Virus record (IMG/VR): IMGVR_UViG_3300046792_000244
Location: 1,090-65,089 of that record
Origin: a virus
Lineage: Duplodnaviria > Caudoviricetes
DNA: 64,000 bases
Strand: one strand, 5' to 3'
How positions within the stretch are numbered: the first letter of the stretch is position 1; the number at the start of each line of letters is the position of its first letter. Under the pieces are notes generated by a model that saw nothing but the letters and a program-made list of their open reading frames with translations, did no database searches and was not told the origin of the DNA. Positions 1 to 10,366 of the stretch are shown in pieces. The position numbers and the translations under genes were made by a program.

Positions 1-63
1 AAGGGCGGCTCGTCACCGCTGCCAGCCGGGATTCACTGCGACGACCTCTGACGAAGGGAACCC

Positions 64-1050
64 GTGCCAACACGAATGATCCGCGAGGGCCTGCTCGACA
101 GCGAGAAGGTGCTCAGCGTGCCCGCCGACGCCCGATGGCTGTTCGTGGCCATCCAGCTGACGGCCGACGACCTCGGCTTGTTCGAGGCCACAGAATTCAG
201 GCTGCACCGAAAAGCCGCTTTGCCTCGCGAGCACGTCGGCAAGCTCCTGGCCATGCTCGCCGACGTCGATCTCGTCAGGCTCTACGAAGCCGGTGGGCGC
301 ACCCTCGGCTTCATCCCGAAGTTCGGCCAGCGGCTGCGCATCAAGTCGGTCAAATACCCGATGCCACCCCGCGCTTTGGTTGCCGACGACGAAGACGCAC
401 TCAATAAAATCAAGCACTTAGGCATAGAAATGCCCGACACGCGCCCGTCATTGCACAGACAACGTCTGTCTGAATCGGAATCGGAATCGGAAGCGGAACT
501 TGAAAAGAGCAATACCGTTTCGCCAGCCGCAGCGAAAAAGCAGGCGGCAAAGCCCGAAGTCCTGGGAAAACCCTTACCAGCAGCCAAAGCCCCGGCGGCT
601 GCGCCGAAAGGGCCTCGTGCGGCAAAGCCGCCCGACGAACCCACGCCGGGCTCCCTGGTCTTCGATGCCTACAAGCTGGCGTACCGCAAGCGCTACAAGG
701 CCGACCCGGTGCGCAACCAGAAGGTCAACAGCCAGTGCAAGCAGCTGGCCGAGCGCCTAGGCATCGAAGCCGCACCGCAGGTCGCCGCGTTCTTCGTCGC
801 CCACAACGGCAACCTCTACAAGGCCAGCGGCCACGCCACGGATCTGCTGCTGCGCGACGCCGAAAGCCTGCACACGCAGTGGGTGACGAACACGCCGCTG
901 GCCGACAGAACGCAAACCGCCCAGCAGGTGAACGAAGCCGCGAAGGCCTCCAAGCTCGCCGGCATGACAGGCGGCAGGCTAGGAAACCCGGCCATCGGCC
1001 AGACCATCGACATGGAGACACCCAATGCAAACCGACCTCTCCTGGGTTGA
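64..1050 (+). CDS. Phage replication initiator (replisome organizer-like)
   Basis: N-terminal HTH-like region (RMIREGLLDS..ARWLFVAIQLTADDLG), low-complexity ESESESE/Ala-Pro-Lys linker, C-terminal helical domain; precedes loader-like and resolvase genes. Confidence 0.7.
   Translation: MPTRMIREGLLDSEKVLSVPADARWLFVAIQLTADDLGLFEATEFRLHRKAALPREHVGKLLAMLADVDLVRLYEAGGRTLGFIPKFGQRLRIKSVKYPMPPRALVADDEDALNKIKHLGIEMPDTRPSLHRQRLSESESESEAELEKSNTVSPAAAKKQAAKPEVLGKPLPAAKAPAAAPKGPRAAKPPDEPTPGSLVFDAYKLAYRKRYKADPVRNQKVNSQCKQLAERLGIEAAPQVAAFFVAHNGNLYKASGHATDLLLRDAESLHTQWVTNTPLADRTQTAQQVNEAAKASKLAGMTGGRLGNPAIGQTIDMETPNANRPLLG
400..540. other. Possible replication origin inside initiator gene
   Basis: Locally AT-rich stretch plus GAATCG tandem repeats at 472-498; lambdoid origins lie inside the initiator gene. 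Confidence 0.25.
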
Positions 1051-1603
1051 AGAACTGCACGCCCGCCTCGCCGTGCGCTACGGCGACAAGTGGTCGAAGA
1101 TGTGGGAAGGCTTCAGCCTCGACGACATGGCAGTCGTTCGCCAGGACTGGGCCAACGTGCTGCACAACTGCACCACCGGCGGCCTGCTGTTCGCGCTCGA
1201 CAACCTGCCCGTCAGCTGGCCACCGACTGCCGGCGAGTTCCTCGAAATCGTCAGGCGCAAGCCCGTGGCCAATGAAGCCCAGCAGGCCATCGCCGGGCCA
1301 CGGCTGACACCGGCCGAACAGCAGGCCGAGCTTGAGCGCCTGAACACCACGCGCGAAGCCTTCGAGCAGCGCGACCCGAGTTCGTCATGGATTGCCGACC
1401 TGCAGGCGCGCCAGGCACGCGGCGAGCGTCTGACGATCACGCAGCGCGACATGCTGCGCGCAGCTCTGCCGAGATACCGCGCAGCCACGGCGCCGCCCAT
1501 GCCCAACGACTTCAAGGGCGTGGCAGCGGCGAATATGCCGGCAGCCATGCGACCCGATGCCAACGAACCCCCACCCACCCCGTACGAAGGAGAACGTCTG
1601 TGA
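1025..1603 (+). CDS. Putative helicase loader/replication accessory protein
   Basis: Overlaps initiator; WPPTAGEF motif resembles the 'PPT..EF' motif of phage loader-like proteins. Confidence 0.5.
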   Translation: MQTDLSWVEELHARLAVRYGDKWSKMWEGFSLDDMAVVRQDWANVLHNCTTGGLLFALDNLPVSWPPTAGEFLEIVRRKPVANEAQQAIAGPRLTPAEQQAELERLNTTREAFEQRDPSSSWIADLQARQARGERLTITQRDMLRAALPRYRAATAPPMPNDFKGVAAANMPAAMRPDANEPPPTPYEGERL

Positions 1604-1944
1604 ACTGCAAACCCCGACAACTCGCGATGGTGACGCGCAACACCGAAGGGCATCCCTGCATTGCCAAGGATCTTGGCAGGCCCGTGATGACCGTCCAGTT
1701 GCAAAACCTGATGACATGGCGCGGCCTCATGCCGATGTGGGTTGTCGAAGGCTACCCGCGGCTATGCCCGTACTGCGGTGGCATCGCACTCGGATTTCTC
1801 GACGCCGACCTGACGCCCATCGAACCGCTGAGCGACAACGACGTGCTGCGTGAGGCGCAAGACAACATGGCGGCGCTCACGTCGCCAGCCGAGGCCAAGA
1901 AGTCAGCCGAGGCAGCCATGCGCAGCACGAGGTTTGCGCGATGA
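1600..1944 (+). CDS. Hypothetical protein (CPYC motif)
   Basis: GTGA overlap with upstream stop, ATGA overlap downstream. Confidence 0.55.
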   Translation: MNCKPRQLAMVTRNTEGHPCIAKDLGRPVMTVQLQNLMTWRGLMPMWVVEGYPRLCPYCGGIALGFLDADLTPIEPLSDNDVLREAQDNMAALTSPAEAKKSAEAAMRSTRFAR

Positions 1945-2285
1945 AAGCCAACCAGCACGCGCTTTCGTTTCGCCTCACCGTGTTCTTCTGCGTGAACCCG
2001 CTGGCCATGCTGACGACGGCCGAGATCGCCGAACTCTTCGACGTCAATGTGCTGCGCGTGCCCGACATAATCCGTGGTGCCGTGGCGAACGAACTCTTCA
2101 TCTGCCGCAGCACGTTGAAGACGCACACAGCTGGCCGGCCACCGAACATCTACGGCGCCGGGCCGAAGCTCTTGCGCATGATCGTTGCCGCCGATGGCTA
2201 CGTGGCACGCGAGCGACGGCTGAGCAAAGACGAGGTCGCCATCCAAGCGCTGACGGCTGAAATTCTCGACGGTGGCAAGCCATGA
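1941..2285 (+). CDS. Hypothetical winged-helix-like protein
   Basis: LTTAEIAELFDV helix pattern, GRPPNIY wing; ATGA-coupled. Confidence 0.5.
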   Translation: MKANQHALSFRLTVFFCVNPLAMLTTAEIAELFDVNVLRVPDIIRGAVANELFICRSTLKTHTAGRPPNIYGAGPKLLRMIVAADGYVARERRLSKDEVAIQALTAEILDGGKP

Positions 2286-2809
2286 GCGCGGCCGTGATCC
2301 ACCTGGGTTTCGATCCCGGCACATCTGGCGCCGTGGCCATGCTGACGCCGGCACCCGACTGGCGCTGCGAACCCCGGGATCTGCCGATCTACACCACCAA
2401 GGGCAGGCTGCGCGAGGTCAAGCACGTCGACGCCGCCAAGCTCGAGTTGATGCTTCACGGCATGCTCGCCGCCTACGCCGAACGGATCCGCACTGGCGCC
2501 GTCAAGGTCGAAGCCACGATCGAGGATGTCTTCACCATCCCTGGCATGGGCACGAGCTCGCACAGCAGCGACAGCCTCGTCGAAAGCCGGGTGACCTGCG
2601 AGAACGTGTGCCGCATGCTTGGCATAGCCGTCGAGCGCGTCAGGCCTCAGACTTGGCAGCGGTTCTACGGTCTCAAGGGTGGCGACAAGCGGCTCAGCGT
2701 GGGCACTGCCGATCGCCTCTACCCGGCGGCCGGCCTCAAGCTGGTAAAGCATCACAACCTCGCAGAGGCGGTACTCATCGCTCATTGGGCGCGCAGAATG
2801 AAGGCATGA
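2282..2809 (+). CDS. RuvC-like Holliday junction resolvase
   Basis: LGFDPGTSGAVA, IEDV, VRPQTWQR, HHNLAEAVLIA motifs. Confidence 0.8.
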   Translation: MSAAVIHLGFDPGTSGAVAMLTPAPDWRCEPRDLPIYTTKGRLREVKHVDAAKLELMLHGMLAAYAERIRTGAVKVEATIEDVFTIPGMGTSSHSSDSLVESRVTCENVCRMLGIAVERVRPQTWQRFYGLKGGDKRLSVGTADRLYPAAGLKLVKHHNLAEAVLIAHWARRMKA

Positions 2810-3018
2810 GGCGAAACTCAGGTCGGCGACGCGACATCGTACAAACCCTTGGCCCCGTCAACGCGGTGAGCTGTGGCGGCAAGCGCTGCTACTCGACGTG
2901 GACGGAAGCCAACAGTGAGGCTACTCACGCGCGCCGGCGCACCGAATCCATCCTCAAGCCCTACCGTTGCCAGCACTGCCACACATGGCATGTCGGAGCG
3001 GATATGCGCAAACGCTGA
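2806..3018 (+). CDS. Small Zn-binding hypothetical protein
   Basis: CGGKRCY...YRCQHCHTWH; ATGA overlap. Confidence 0.6.
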   Translation: MRRNSGRRRDIVQTLGPVNAVSCGGKRCYSTWTEANSEATHARRRTESILKPYRCQHCHTWHVGADMRKR

Positions 3019-3236
3019 TGCCTGCGCTGCTCGACGGCCGCGAGGTGCCAGCCGACTCCCCGGAATGGCGCGATCTATGCCTTGCTCGCTACGTTCTGGC
3101 GCTGCCTGAGAAAAGCCAGCGCACCGATTTTCTCGAAGATTTGCGACGCCTACACGGCGAAAAAGGCTGTCAATCCATCGAAACGCTCGTGATTGCGCTT
3201 TTTCGTGGAAAAAATACGGGCAGCCGTTCGCAGTAG
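3018..3236 (+). CDS. Hypothetical protein
   Basis: TGATG coupling; SPEWRDLCLARYVL resembles small phage proteins. Confidence 0.55.
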   Translation: MPALLDGREVPADSPEWRDLCLARYVLALPEKSQRTDFLEDLRRLHGEKGCQSIETLVIALFRGKNTGSRSQ

Positions 3237-3277
3237 CATCACAGCCTGCGATTCAGAAATTTTCAGGCGGTTCACCT

Positions 3278-4981
3278 ATGGCAACACGTGCGAAGGCGTC
3301 AGGCGGAAAAGCGAAACCTATAAGGGTTCCCACTGATAATTTCCGGGTTTCAGGGCTTGGCGCCCTGTTTTCGGCTCGGGCCATCGCTTCCCTCATCCCT
3401 TACGCCCGCAACTCGCGCACGCACAGCCAGGCGCAGGTGCGGCAGATCGCCGCGCTGATCGACGAGTTCGGCTTCACAAACCCGGTGCTGGCCGATCAGG
3501 CGGGCAACATCCACGCCGGCCACGGCCGCGTGCTCGGCGCCGAGTTGCTCTACAGCCAGGGCAAGACGGTGCGGCTGCCCGGCGGCCAGGTGCTCGACGC
3601 CGGCACGATTCCCGTGCTCGACTGCACGGGGTGGAGCGAAGCGCAGCGCCGCGCCTACGTGATCGCCGACAACCGCGCGGCCCTCAATGCCGGCTGGGAT
3701 GCCGAACTGCTGGGTGCCGAGCTCACCGCGCTCAAGGCAGAAGCCTTCGACCTTGGCCTGCTGGGATTCGACGACGGCGAACTCGGCCTGCTGCTGGGTG
3801 GCGAGGCGAAGACCCGCGCCAGGAAGCCGCCCGACGAGATCCCCGACCCTGGGCCCGCCGTCACGCGCCCGGGCGACATTTGGATCTGCGGCGACCACCG
3901 CGTGATGTGCGGCGACTCGATCGTGGCCGCCGATGTCGAGCGGCTGCTGGCAGGCGAGGCGAACGCCGCGCTTCTGCACGCCGACCCGCCCTACGGCATG
4001 GGCAAGGAAGGCGATGGCGTCGAGAACGACAACCTGTACGCCGCCAAGCTCGATCGCTTCCAGATGTCGTGGTGGCAGACCTGGCGCCCATTCGTGGCCA
4101 ACAACGGCAGCGCCTACATTTGGGGAAACGCCGACGACCTGTGGCGTCTCTGGCACGCCGGCGGCCTGAAGGCGAGCGAGCGCGTGACGATGCGCAACGA
4201 AATCGTGTGGGACAAAGACACGGGCATGGGCATGAATTCGGAGACGCACCGCCAGTTCGCCACGGCGACCGAGCGCTGCCTCTTCTTCATGCTGGGCGAG
4301 CAGGGCTTCGGCAATGTCAACAAGGCTGACTTCTGGGAAGGCTTCGAGGTCATCCGTGCCCACCTTGAAGAGCAGGTGAAGGCGGCCGGGTTCGACAGCA
4401 AAGACGTACTGCGCCTGTGTGGCGTTCACATGTACGGCCATTGGTTCACGAAGTCGCAGTGGACGATGATTCCCGAGAAGCACTACATGACGCTCAAGGC
4501 AGCCGCCCAGGGCAAAGCCTTCAACCGGCCGTACAACGAAATCCGCCAGCTCTACGACGGCGGCACGGCCAGCGGTGGCCATCTGGCTGCCAAGCAGGAG
4601 TTCTACGGCACGCGCGCCTACTTCGAAAACACCCACGAAAACATGCGCGACGTGTGGAACTTCCCGCGTGTGCAGGGCGAAGACAGGCATGGCCACGCCA
4701 CGCCAAAGCCGGTGGCCATGATCGAGCGCTGCGTGAAGTCGAGCGCACCCGTGGGTGCCGCCGTGCTCGAGCCGTTTTGCGGCACCGGCACGACGCTGAT
4801 CGCTTGTGAGCTCAATGGCCGCAGCTGTCGCACCATGGAACTGACGCCAGCCTACGTCGACACCACGGTGCGGCGCTGGCAGGGCATGAGCGGCGGCAAA
4901 GCAGTACTCGAAGCGACTGGCCAGACCTTCGATGACGTGCAGAAAGAACGCGCGCTGGCCGGCGAACCTTTGGAGGCCTGA
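3278..4981 (+). CDS. ParB-like domain fused to DNA amino-methyltransferase (probably N6-adenine)
   Basis: LIPYARNSRTH..FGFTNPVL..AGHGR (ParB); DPPY, HATPKP, EPFCGTGTT (MTase); typical position before terminase. Confidence 0.9.
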   Translation: MATRAKASGGKAKPIRVPTDNFRVSGLGALFSARAIASLIPYARNSRTHSQAQVRQIAALIDEFGFTNPVLADQAGNIHAGHGRVLGAELLYSQGKTVRLPGGQVLDAGTIPVLDCTGWSEAQRRAYVIADNRAALNAGWDAELLGAELTALKAEAFDLGLLGFDDGELGLLLGGEAKTRARKPPDEIPDPGPAVTRPGDIWICGDHRVMCGDSIVAADVERLLAGEANAALLHADPPYGMGKEGDGVENDNLYAAKLDRFQMSWWQTWRPFVANNGSAYIWGNADDLWRLWHAGGLKASERVTMRNEIVWDKDTGMGMNSETHRQFATATERCLFFMLGEQGFGNVNKADFWEGFEVIRAHLEEQVKAAGFDSKDVLRLCGVHMYGHWFTKSQWTMIPEKHYMTLKAAAQGKAFNRPYNEIRQLYDGGTASGGHLAAKQEFYGTRAYFENTHENMRDVWNFPRVQGEDRHGHATPKPVAMIERCVKSSAPVGAAVLEPFCGTGTTLIACELNGRSCRTMELTPAYVDTTVRRWQGMSGGKAVLEATGQTFDDVQKERALAGEPLEA

Positions 4982-4985
4982 CGCC

Positions 4986-5483
4986 ATGGTGACACCAGCC
5001 ACCGGCCGGCCACGCGGCCGCCCGAAGTTCAAGCCCACTGCCGAGCAGATGGCGGCCGTTCAAGTGCTCGTGGCCTGCGGCTTCAACCAAGAGGACATTG
5101 CAGCGCAGATCATCAACCCCGAGACGGGCGAGCCGCTGTCTTCGCGCACCATGCGCAAGTCGATGCGCGCTGCACTTGATGGTGGCAAGGCCGGTGCCAA
5201 TGCGCTCGTCGCCAAGTCGCTTTTCAAGAAGGCTACGGGAAGCGGCCCGCAAGCCGTCAGCGCTGCGATCTTCTGGCTTAAATGCCAAGCCGGCTGGAAA
5301 GAGGCGGCGCAGTCGATCGAACTCAGCGGCCCGCAAGGCGCGCCTATCGTGGTCGCCGACGCCGCGGATCTCTCGAAGCTCAGCACCAACGATCTCATCA
5401 ACCTCGAGGCGGTGTTGCTCAAGCTCCAACCGCCGGTGCCCGGCCAACCCGACACCTACGCGCCACCCGACGAGGCAACGTGA
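4986..5483 (+). CDS. Terminase small subunit
   Basis: GRP..FKPT, AAIFWLKCQAGW, IELSGPQGAPI; directly upstream of TerL. Confidence 0.8.
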   Translation: MVTPATGRPRGRPKFKPTAEQMAAVQVLVACGFNQEDIAAQIINPETGEPLSSRTMRKSMRAALDGGKAGANALVAKSLFKKATGSGPQAVSAAIFWLKCQAGWKEAAQSIELSGPQGAPIVVADAADLSKLSTNDLINLEAVLLKLQPPVPGQPDTYAPPDEAT

Positions 5484-6967
5484 GCGCCGTGCGCATCCCT
5501 ACGAGCCTCGCCGAGGTTCAGAAGGAACTCAGCCGGCGCAGCTTCCACCATTTCTTCCGGCACTTCGCGTGGCCGGCGCTGCTGCCCAACGTCGTCTTCG
5601 TCGACAACTGGCACATCCACGCGATCTGCGAGCACCTTGAGGCGGTGAAGCGGCGCGAGATCCGCAAGCTCGTCATCAACATGCCGTTCCGCCAGCTGAA
5701 GTCGACGCTGGTATCGCAGGCCTTTATGGCATGGGACTGGATTGACGACCCGAGCACGCAATACCTCACGGCGAGCTACGCCAAGGATCTGGCTACCCGT
5801 GACGCCGTGGCCAGCCGCACCATCGTCGAGTCGCCGCGGTACCGCCAGGCGTTCGGCGACGCCTTCCGCATGGCCAGCGACCAGAACGTCAAGACGCGCT
5901 ACGAGAACGACAAGGGCGGCGGCCGCGTCACCACGTCGACAGACGCCAGCGCCACGGGTTTCGGCGGCAACGTGCGCATCGTCGACGACCCGGTGAACCC
6001 ACGGCATGCCGATAGCCCGGCGCACGTACAGGCTGGCGTCGAATGGTGGAAGGGCGTCATCAGCACGCGCGCGAACGACCCGATGCGCGACGTCATCATG
6101 CTGGTGCAGCAGCGCCTGAACGAGAACGACACCACCGGCCACGTGCTGAAGAACGAGCGCGGCTGGGAACACCTCGTGCTGCCCATGCGCTACGAGCCGA
6201 AGTTCGCCGCCAAGCCGACGAGCATCGGCTGGAAAGACCCGCGCACCGTCGAGGGCGAACTCATGATGCCGGCGCGCCTCGACGACGCCACGGTGGTCGA
6301 CATCGAAAAGGCGATCGGCAGCTACCACACCAACGCCCAACTGCAGCAGCGACCGGAACCCCGCGGCGGCATCATCTTCCAGCGCAGCCACTACCGGTTC
6401 TGGAAGGCGCTGCCCGAGCTCGACGAGGTGGTGATCAGCGTCGACTGCACCTTCAAGGCGCTGCAGACCAGCGACTTCGTGGCCATCCAGGCGTGGGGCA
6501 ACCGCGGCGCGAACAAATACCTGCTCAAGCGCGTCAAGGAGCGCATGACGTTCGCCGGCACCTGCGACGCAGTGCGCAGCATGCACGCCCTGTTCGAAAA
6601 TGAGTGCATCGCCGTTCTCATCGAGGACAAAGCCAACGGGTCGGCGGTGATCGAAACCCTGACGGGTTCGGTTCCCGGCGTGATCGCCGTCAACCCGGAT
6701 GGTGGAAAAGCGGCGCGCGCCTACGCCATGCAGCCCGAGCACGAGGCCGGCAACATCTGGCTACCAGACCCCGAGGTCGACGCCACTATCGAAACCTTCG
6801 TGAGCGCGTCGTCGAGCTTCACCGGTGCCGAGGGTGGGGATGACGACGAGGTGGACGCAATGACACAATACGTAAATTGGCGCCGGGTAAGGGATAAGAG
6901 CAACGGCCTGTCCGACCTGCTGCGCGCTCAGGCTGAAGCCATGGAAGCCGCCCGCAAAGCCGCGTAG
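5480..6967 (+). CDS. Terminase large subunit
   Basis: NMPFRQLKS (Walker A-like), RIVDDP (Walker B), VQQRL, SVDCTF, IEDKANG, DDDEVDAMTQ nuclease motifs; GTG start overlaps TerS stop. Confidence 0.93.
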   Translation: MSAVRIPTSLAEVQKELSRRSFHHFFRHFAWPALLPNVVFVDNWHIHAICEHLEAVKRREIRKLVINMPFRQLKSTLVSQAFMAWDWIDDPSTQYLTASYAKDLATRDAVASRTIVESPRYRQAFGDAFRMASDQNVKTRYENDKGGGRVTTSTDASATGFGGNVRIVDDPVNPRHADSPAHVQAGVEWWKGVISTRANDPMRDVIMLVQQRLNENDTTGHVLKNERGWEHLVLPMRYEPKFAAKPTSIGWKDPRTVEGELMMPARLDDATVVDIEKAIGSYHTNAQLQQRPEPRGGIIFQRSHYRFWKALPELDEVVISVDCTFKALQTSDFVAIQAWGNRGANKYLLKRVKERMTFAGTCDAVRSMHALFENECIAVLIEDKANGSAVIETLTGSVPGVIAVNPDGGKAARAYAMQPEHEAGNIWLPDPEVDATIETFVSASSSFTGAEGGDDDEVDAMTQYVNWRRVRDKSNGLSDLLRAQAEAMEAARKAA

Positions 6968-6976
6968 ACGTTTCAC

Positions 6977-7321
6977 GTGAAACCGGAGAAGCCGATGATC
7001 GACCTCGACAAAGTGATGCCACAGATGACCCAGGCCGTCGGCAATCACTACGTCTACGGCACGGCAGCCGGCATCGTGGGCGTCGTCGGCGCCTGCGTCT
7101 TCCACCGGCCCGACCTGGCTCCGCATGCCGGCTTCGGTCTGGGTTGCCTGGCAGCTGGCTTCAAGGAAGGCACCGACGCGCTGTTCAACTGGCTGCAGGT
7201 GCGCAAGGGCGAGGCGCCCACCCACGGCGTGCAGTTGACGCATGCCCTGGCCACGGTTGCCGGGGGTACCGTCGTCGCCGCGGCAGCACTTGCCATCAAC
7301 CTCAGCAGGATCACGCCATGA
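6977..7321 (+). CDS. Hypothetical membrane protein
   Basis: Hydrophobic segments; ATGA-coupled to next gene. Confidence 0.55.
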   Translation: MKPEKPMIDLDKVMPQMTQAVGNHYVYGTAAGIVGVVGACVFHRPDLAPHAGFGLGCLAAGFKEGTDALFNWLQVRKGEAPTHGVQLTHALATVAGGTVVAAAALAINLSRITP

Positions 7322-7863
7322 GCGAAATCAGCGACCTCATCAAAGCGCAGCGTGGTCAGGGCGTTGTCATGACGCCGCAAGGTGAGTTCCACGAGAAGCT
7401 CGTGGCTGCCGTCGCCTTCGTGGCGGCATGCGGCGTGCCCGACCTGCTGGCAAAGAGCGGCGAAGAGCAGCCACGCGACGACGACGGACGGTTCGCTTCT
7501 GGTGGTGGCGGATCAAAGCAAGAAAGCCTGTCGCCAAGACAAGCCGCCCTCCGAGAATCAGGCAGCTCGCGCTATGCTGGCCGCACGAACCCGCCTGTCG
7601 GCACCGAGGGCCATGGCAAGAGCGGCGCGACACTCACGCCCGTCGGTGGCACAGGTGCACAGTTGACTGACAAAGCCAATGCTGCATCGCGCAAGGCCTC
7701 AAAAATCGGCGCCGACAACAAGGGGGCTCTTCACGACACTGCCGCCACCGCCCATGCGCTCGCAGCCACGCAAAACGCGAGCGAAGGAAACCGGGTCGCA
7801 GCTGAAACGCACCACAGCATGTCGATTTACCACCAGTCGCAGGCGCGACTGCATGGGGGTTGA
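7318..7863 (+). CDS. Hypothetical head-associated protein
   Basis: EQPRDDDGRFASGGG motif seen in head-region proteins; His-rich C-terminus. Confidence 0.55.
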   Translation: MSEISDLIKAQRGQGVVMTPQGEFHEKLVAAVAFVAACGVPDLLAKSGEEQPRDDDGRFASGGGGSKQESLSPRQAALRESGSSRYAGRTNPPVGTEGHGKSGATLTPVGGTGAQLTDKANAASRKASKIGADNKGALHDTAATAHALAATQNASEGNRVAAETHHSMSIYHQSQARLHGG

Positions 7864-7865
7864 CC

Positions 7866-9620
7866 ATGGCTGACACGGGCACCGGCGGCCGCGAATCCAT
7901 GGGCACCAACGTCGAGCCGACGCTCGTGCAGCGCCTCGTGGCCGGCCTGCGCTATGCCGTGCAGGGCGTCGGCCCGGACAATTGGTTCGGGCCAATGAAC
8001 CCGCTGGTGCCGCAGGCTCAGGATCGCACCGAAGGCCGGCAGTTCGATTACCCCGTCGGCTACAACCTGCGGATTCAGCCGCGCAGCGGCGAGAACATCA
8101 GCTTCGGCACGCTGCGTGCCCTCGCCGACGGCTACGACCTGCTGCGCCTCGTCATTGAGACACGCAAGGATCAGTTGGAAGCCTTCGACTGGGAGATCGT
8201 GCCGAAGCGCAAGGAATCCAATGCCGATGCCATGGCCGACGACATCAAGGAGGTCACCGACTTCCTGCAATCGCCCGACAAGGAGCACGACTGGCCGCAA
8301 TGGCTGCGCATGCAGCTCGAAGACCTGCTGGTTATCGACGCCGTGACGATCTACCCACGGCTGAACCGCGGCGGCGGCCTCTACGCTTTCGAGCTCATCG
8401 ACGCCGCCACGATCAAGCGCGTCATCGACGAAGGCGGCCGCACGCCGCTGCCGCCCAGCCCGGCCTATCAGCAGGTGCTCAAGGGAATACCCGCAGCCGA
8501 CTACAGCCGCGACCAGCTGGTCTACCGCATGCGCAACCCGCGCACGAACCGCATCTACGGCATGAGCCCGGTCGAGCAGGTGCTGATGACGGTCAACATC
8601 GCCATGCGTCGCCAGATGTCGCAGCTCGACGCCTACACGCAGGGCAATATCCCCGAGGCCATCGCCCAGATGCCTGAAAACTGGACGGCCAAGCAGATCA
8701 GCGAATTTCAGGGCTGGTGGGACGCCGTTCTGGAAGGCAACAGCGCTGCCAAGCGCAAGATGCGCTTCATCCCCAGCCTGAAGGACATCAAGTTCCCCAA
8801 GGAGCAGGTGCTGAAGGACGAATACGACGAGTGGCTGGCGCGCATCGTGTGCTTTGCCTTCTCGGTCAGCCCGTCGGCACTCATCAAGCAGGTCAACCGG
8901 GCCAGCGGTGAACAGATGGCCGACACGGCGAAAGAAGAAGGCCTGATGCCGCTGCTGCGCTTCATGGAGTCGCATATGTCGACGCTGATTCAGCGCTTCT
9001 TGAAGAAGCCCGGCCTGCGCTTCCAGTTCAAGATCGTCAACCGCGTGGCGCCGCTCGATCAAGCCGGCATCCACAAGATTTACGGCGACATGGAAGTCTT
9101 GACGCCCGACGAGATCCGCGAAGAGTTGGATCGCGACGCCCTCACACCCGAGCAGCGCGAGGAAGCCTGGCCGACGCCAGTCGCCCCGGGCTTCAACCCA
9201 GACGGCACGCCGATTCTTCCGAAGGGTGCGCCCGGCCAGCCTGTGCCGGCAGCACCTGGCGGCGGCGCACCTGCTGCCGGCGAGGGAAAACCCCCGGCAG
9301 TCGCCAAGCCGCCGGCCGAGCCACCAAAGCCAGCCGGGCCGACTGAAGCCGAGAAGATGCTGGCTCAAGCCCTGGCCATGCTCGACCCCGAGCGCATCGC
9401 CAAGATCGCCACCGATGCCATCCGCGCCCAGCCCGCGCAAGTCGTCGAACTGCGCCCCGAGGTCAACGTCGAGGTCGGCGACACCACGGTGCACGCGCCG
9501 GCACCGCGCATGGAAGGCATGGAGAAGCTCTTCCGCGACCAGACGCTCGCAAAGAAAGTGCTCGTCGGTCGCCGCATGGCCGACGGCTCGATGGAAGCCA
9601 AATGGAAGGACGCCCCATGA
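7866..9620 (+). CDS. Portal protein
   Basis: YGMSPVEQ, YTQGNIPE, CFAFSVSP, LTPDEIRE; follows terminase; Pro-rich C-terminal extension. Confidence 0.9.
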   Translation: MADTGTGGRESMGTNVEPTLVQRLVAGLRYAVQGVGPDNWFGPMNPLVPQAQDRTEGRQFDYPVGYNLRIQPRSGENISFGTLRALADGYDLLRLVIETRKDQLEAFDWEIVPKRKESNADAMADDIKEVTDFLQSPDKEHDWPQWLRMQLEDLLVIDAVTIYPRLNRGGGLYAFELIDAATIKRVIDEGGRTPLPPSPAYQQVLKGIPAADYSRDQLVYRMRNPRTNRIYGMSPVEQVLMTVNIAMRRQMSQLDAYTQGNIPEAIAQMPENWTAKQISEFQGWWDAVLEGNSAAKRKMRFIPSLKDIKFPKEQVLKDEYDEWLARIVCFAFSVSPSALIKQVNRASGEQMADTAKEEGLMPLLRFMESHMSTLIQRFLKKPGLRFQFKIVNRVAPLDQAGIHKIYGDMEVLTPDEIREELDRDALTPEQREEAWPTPVAPGFNPDGTPILPKGAPGQPVPAAPGGGAPAAGEGKPPAVAKPPAEPPKPAGPTEAEKMLAQALAMLDPERIAKIATDAIRAQPAQVVELRPEVNVEVGDTTVHAPAPRMEGMEKLFRDQTLAKKVLVGRRMADGSMEAKWKDAP

Positions 9621-9805
9621 TTCTCGACACCACCCGCGGCCCCGTTCTCGCAGCCCTGCTCGAAAAGCGCGAGACGACGCGCGAGATCCCGGCCGGCCAG
9701 TTGACGACCGTTGAATACCTGCTCGACGGCGAGGTCGTGAAGTGCGATCAGACCGTGAAGGTTTCCGAAGCTGCCATGGAAGGCTTCGGATCGGCTCAAA
9801 TCTAG
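9617..9805 (+). CDS. Hypothetical protein
   Basis: ATGA overlap with portal. Confidence 0.55.
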   Translation: MILDTTRGPVLAALLEKRETTREIPAGQLTTVEYLLDGEVVKCDQTVKVSEAAMEGFGSAQI

Positions 9806-9836
9806 CCCACCCATCACCCCCTCACAGGAGAACGCA

Positions 9837-10361
9837 ATGAATGCACTCACGATCACCGCCGGCCCGATGTCACCCGCCCTGCAGCTGCCTCGCAGTCTGC
9901 GCCGCCTGAAGACGCTGCTCGAGCCGCTCTTCATGGCCATCACCACGGCAATGTGCACGAGCTACAAGGTCGAGCTCATGACGGCCACGCACAACCACGC
10001 CGTCGGCGGCAGCAACTTCAAGCTGGCGCTGTTCGACAGCACGGCCACGATGGATGCCACGACCACCACGTACAGCGGTGCCAACGAAGTGGCGAACGGC
10101 AGCGGCTACACCACCGGCGGCAAGGCGCTGACGAACTCGGCGCCAACCTCAAGCGGCACGACGGCGTACACCACGTTCACCGACTTGGTCTGGACGGCCA
10201 GCACGTTCACCACGCGTGGCGCGCAAATCTTCAACAACAGCGCAGCCAACAAGTCGGTCGGCGTGTTCGACTTCGGCGCCAACATCAGCGTGTCGGCCGG
10301 CAACCTCACCGTGCAGTTCCCGACAGCCAATGCAACGGCTGCCGTGCTGCGCCTGGCTTGA
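9837..10361 (+). CDS. Virion structural protein (fibre-base/decoration-like)
   Basis: AGGAG RBS; MAITTAMCTSYK..FKLALF..NEVANGSGYTTGG..DFG..TVQFP resembles a widespread phage structural family. Confidence 0.7.
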   Translation: MNALTITAGPMSPALQLPRSLRRLKTLLEPLFMAITTAMCTSYKVELMTATHNHAVGGSNFKLALFDSTATMDATTTTYSGANEVANGSGYTTGGKALTNSAPTSSGTTAYTTFTDLVWTASTFTTRGAQIFNNSAANKSVGVFDFGANISVSAGNLTVQFPTANATAAVLRLA

Positions 10362-10366
10362 CAGCC

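Noticed and set aside
3350-5038. Long antisense ORFs (also 7827-9494, 17431-18888, 24302-25948, 52813-54195)
   Set aside because: Shadow frames of real genes in GC-rich DNA; no motifs or RBS
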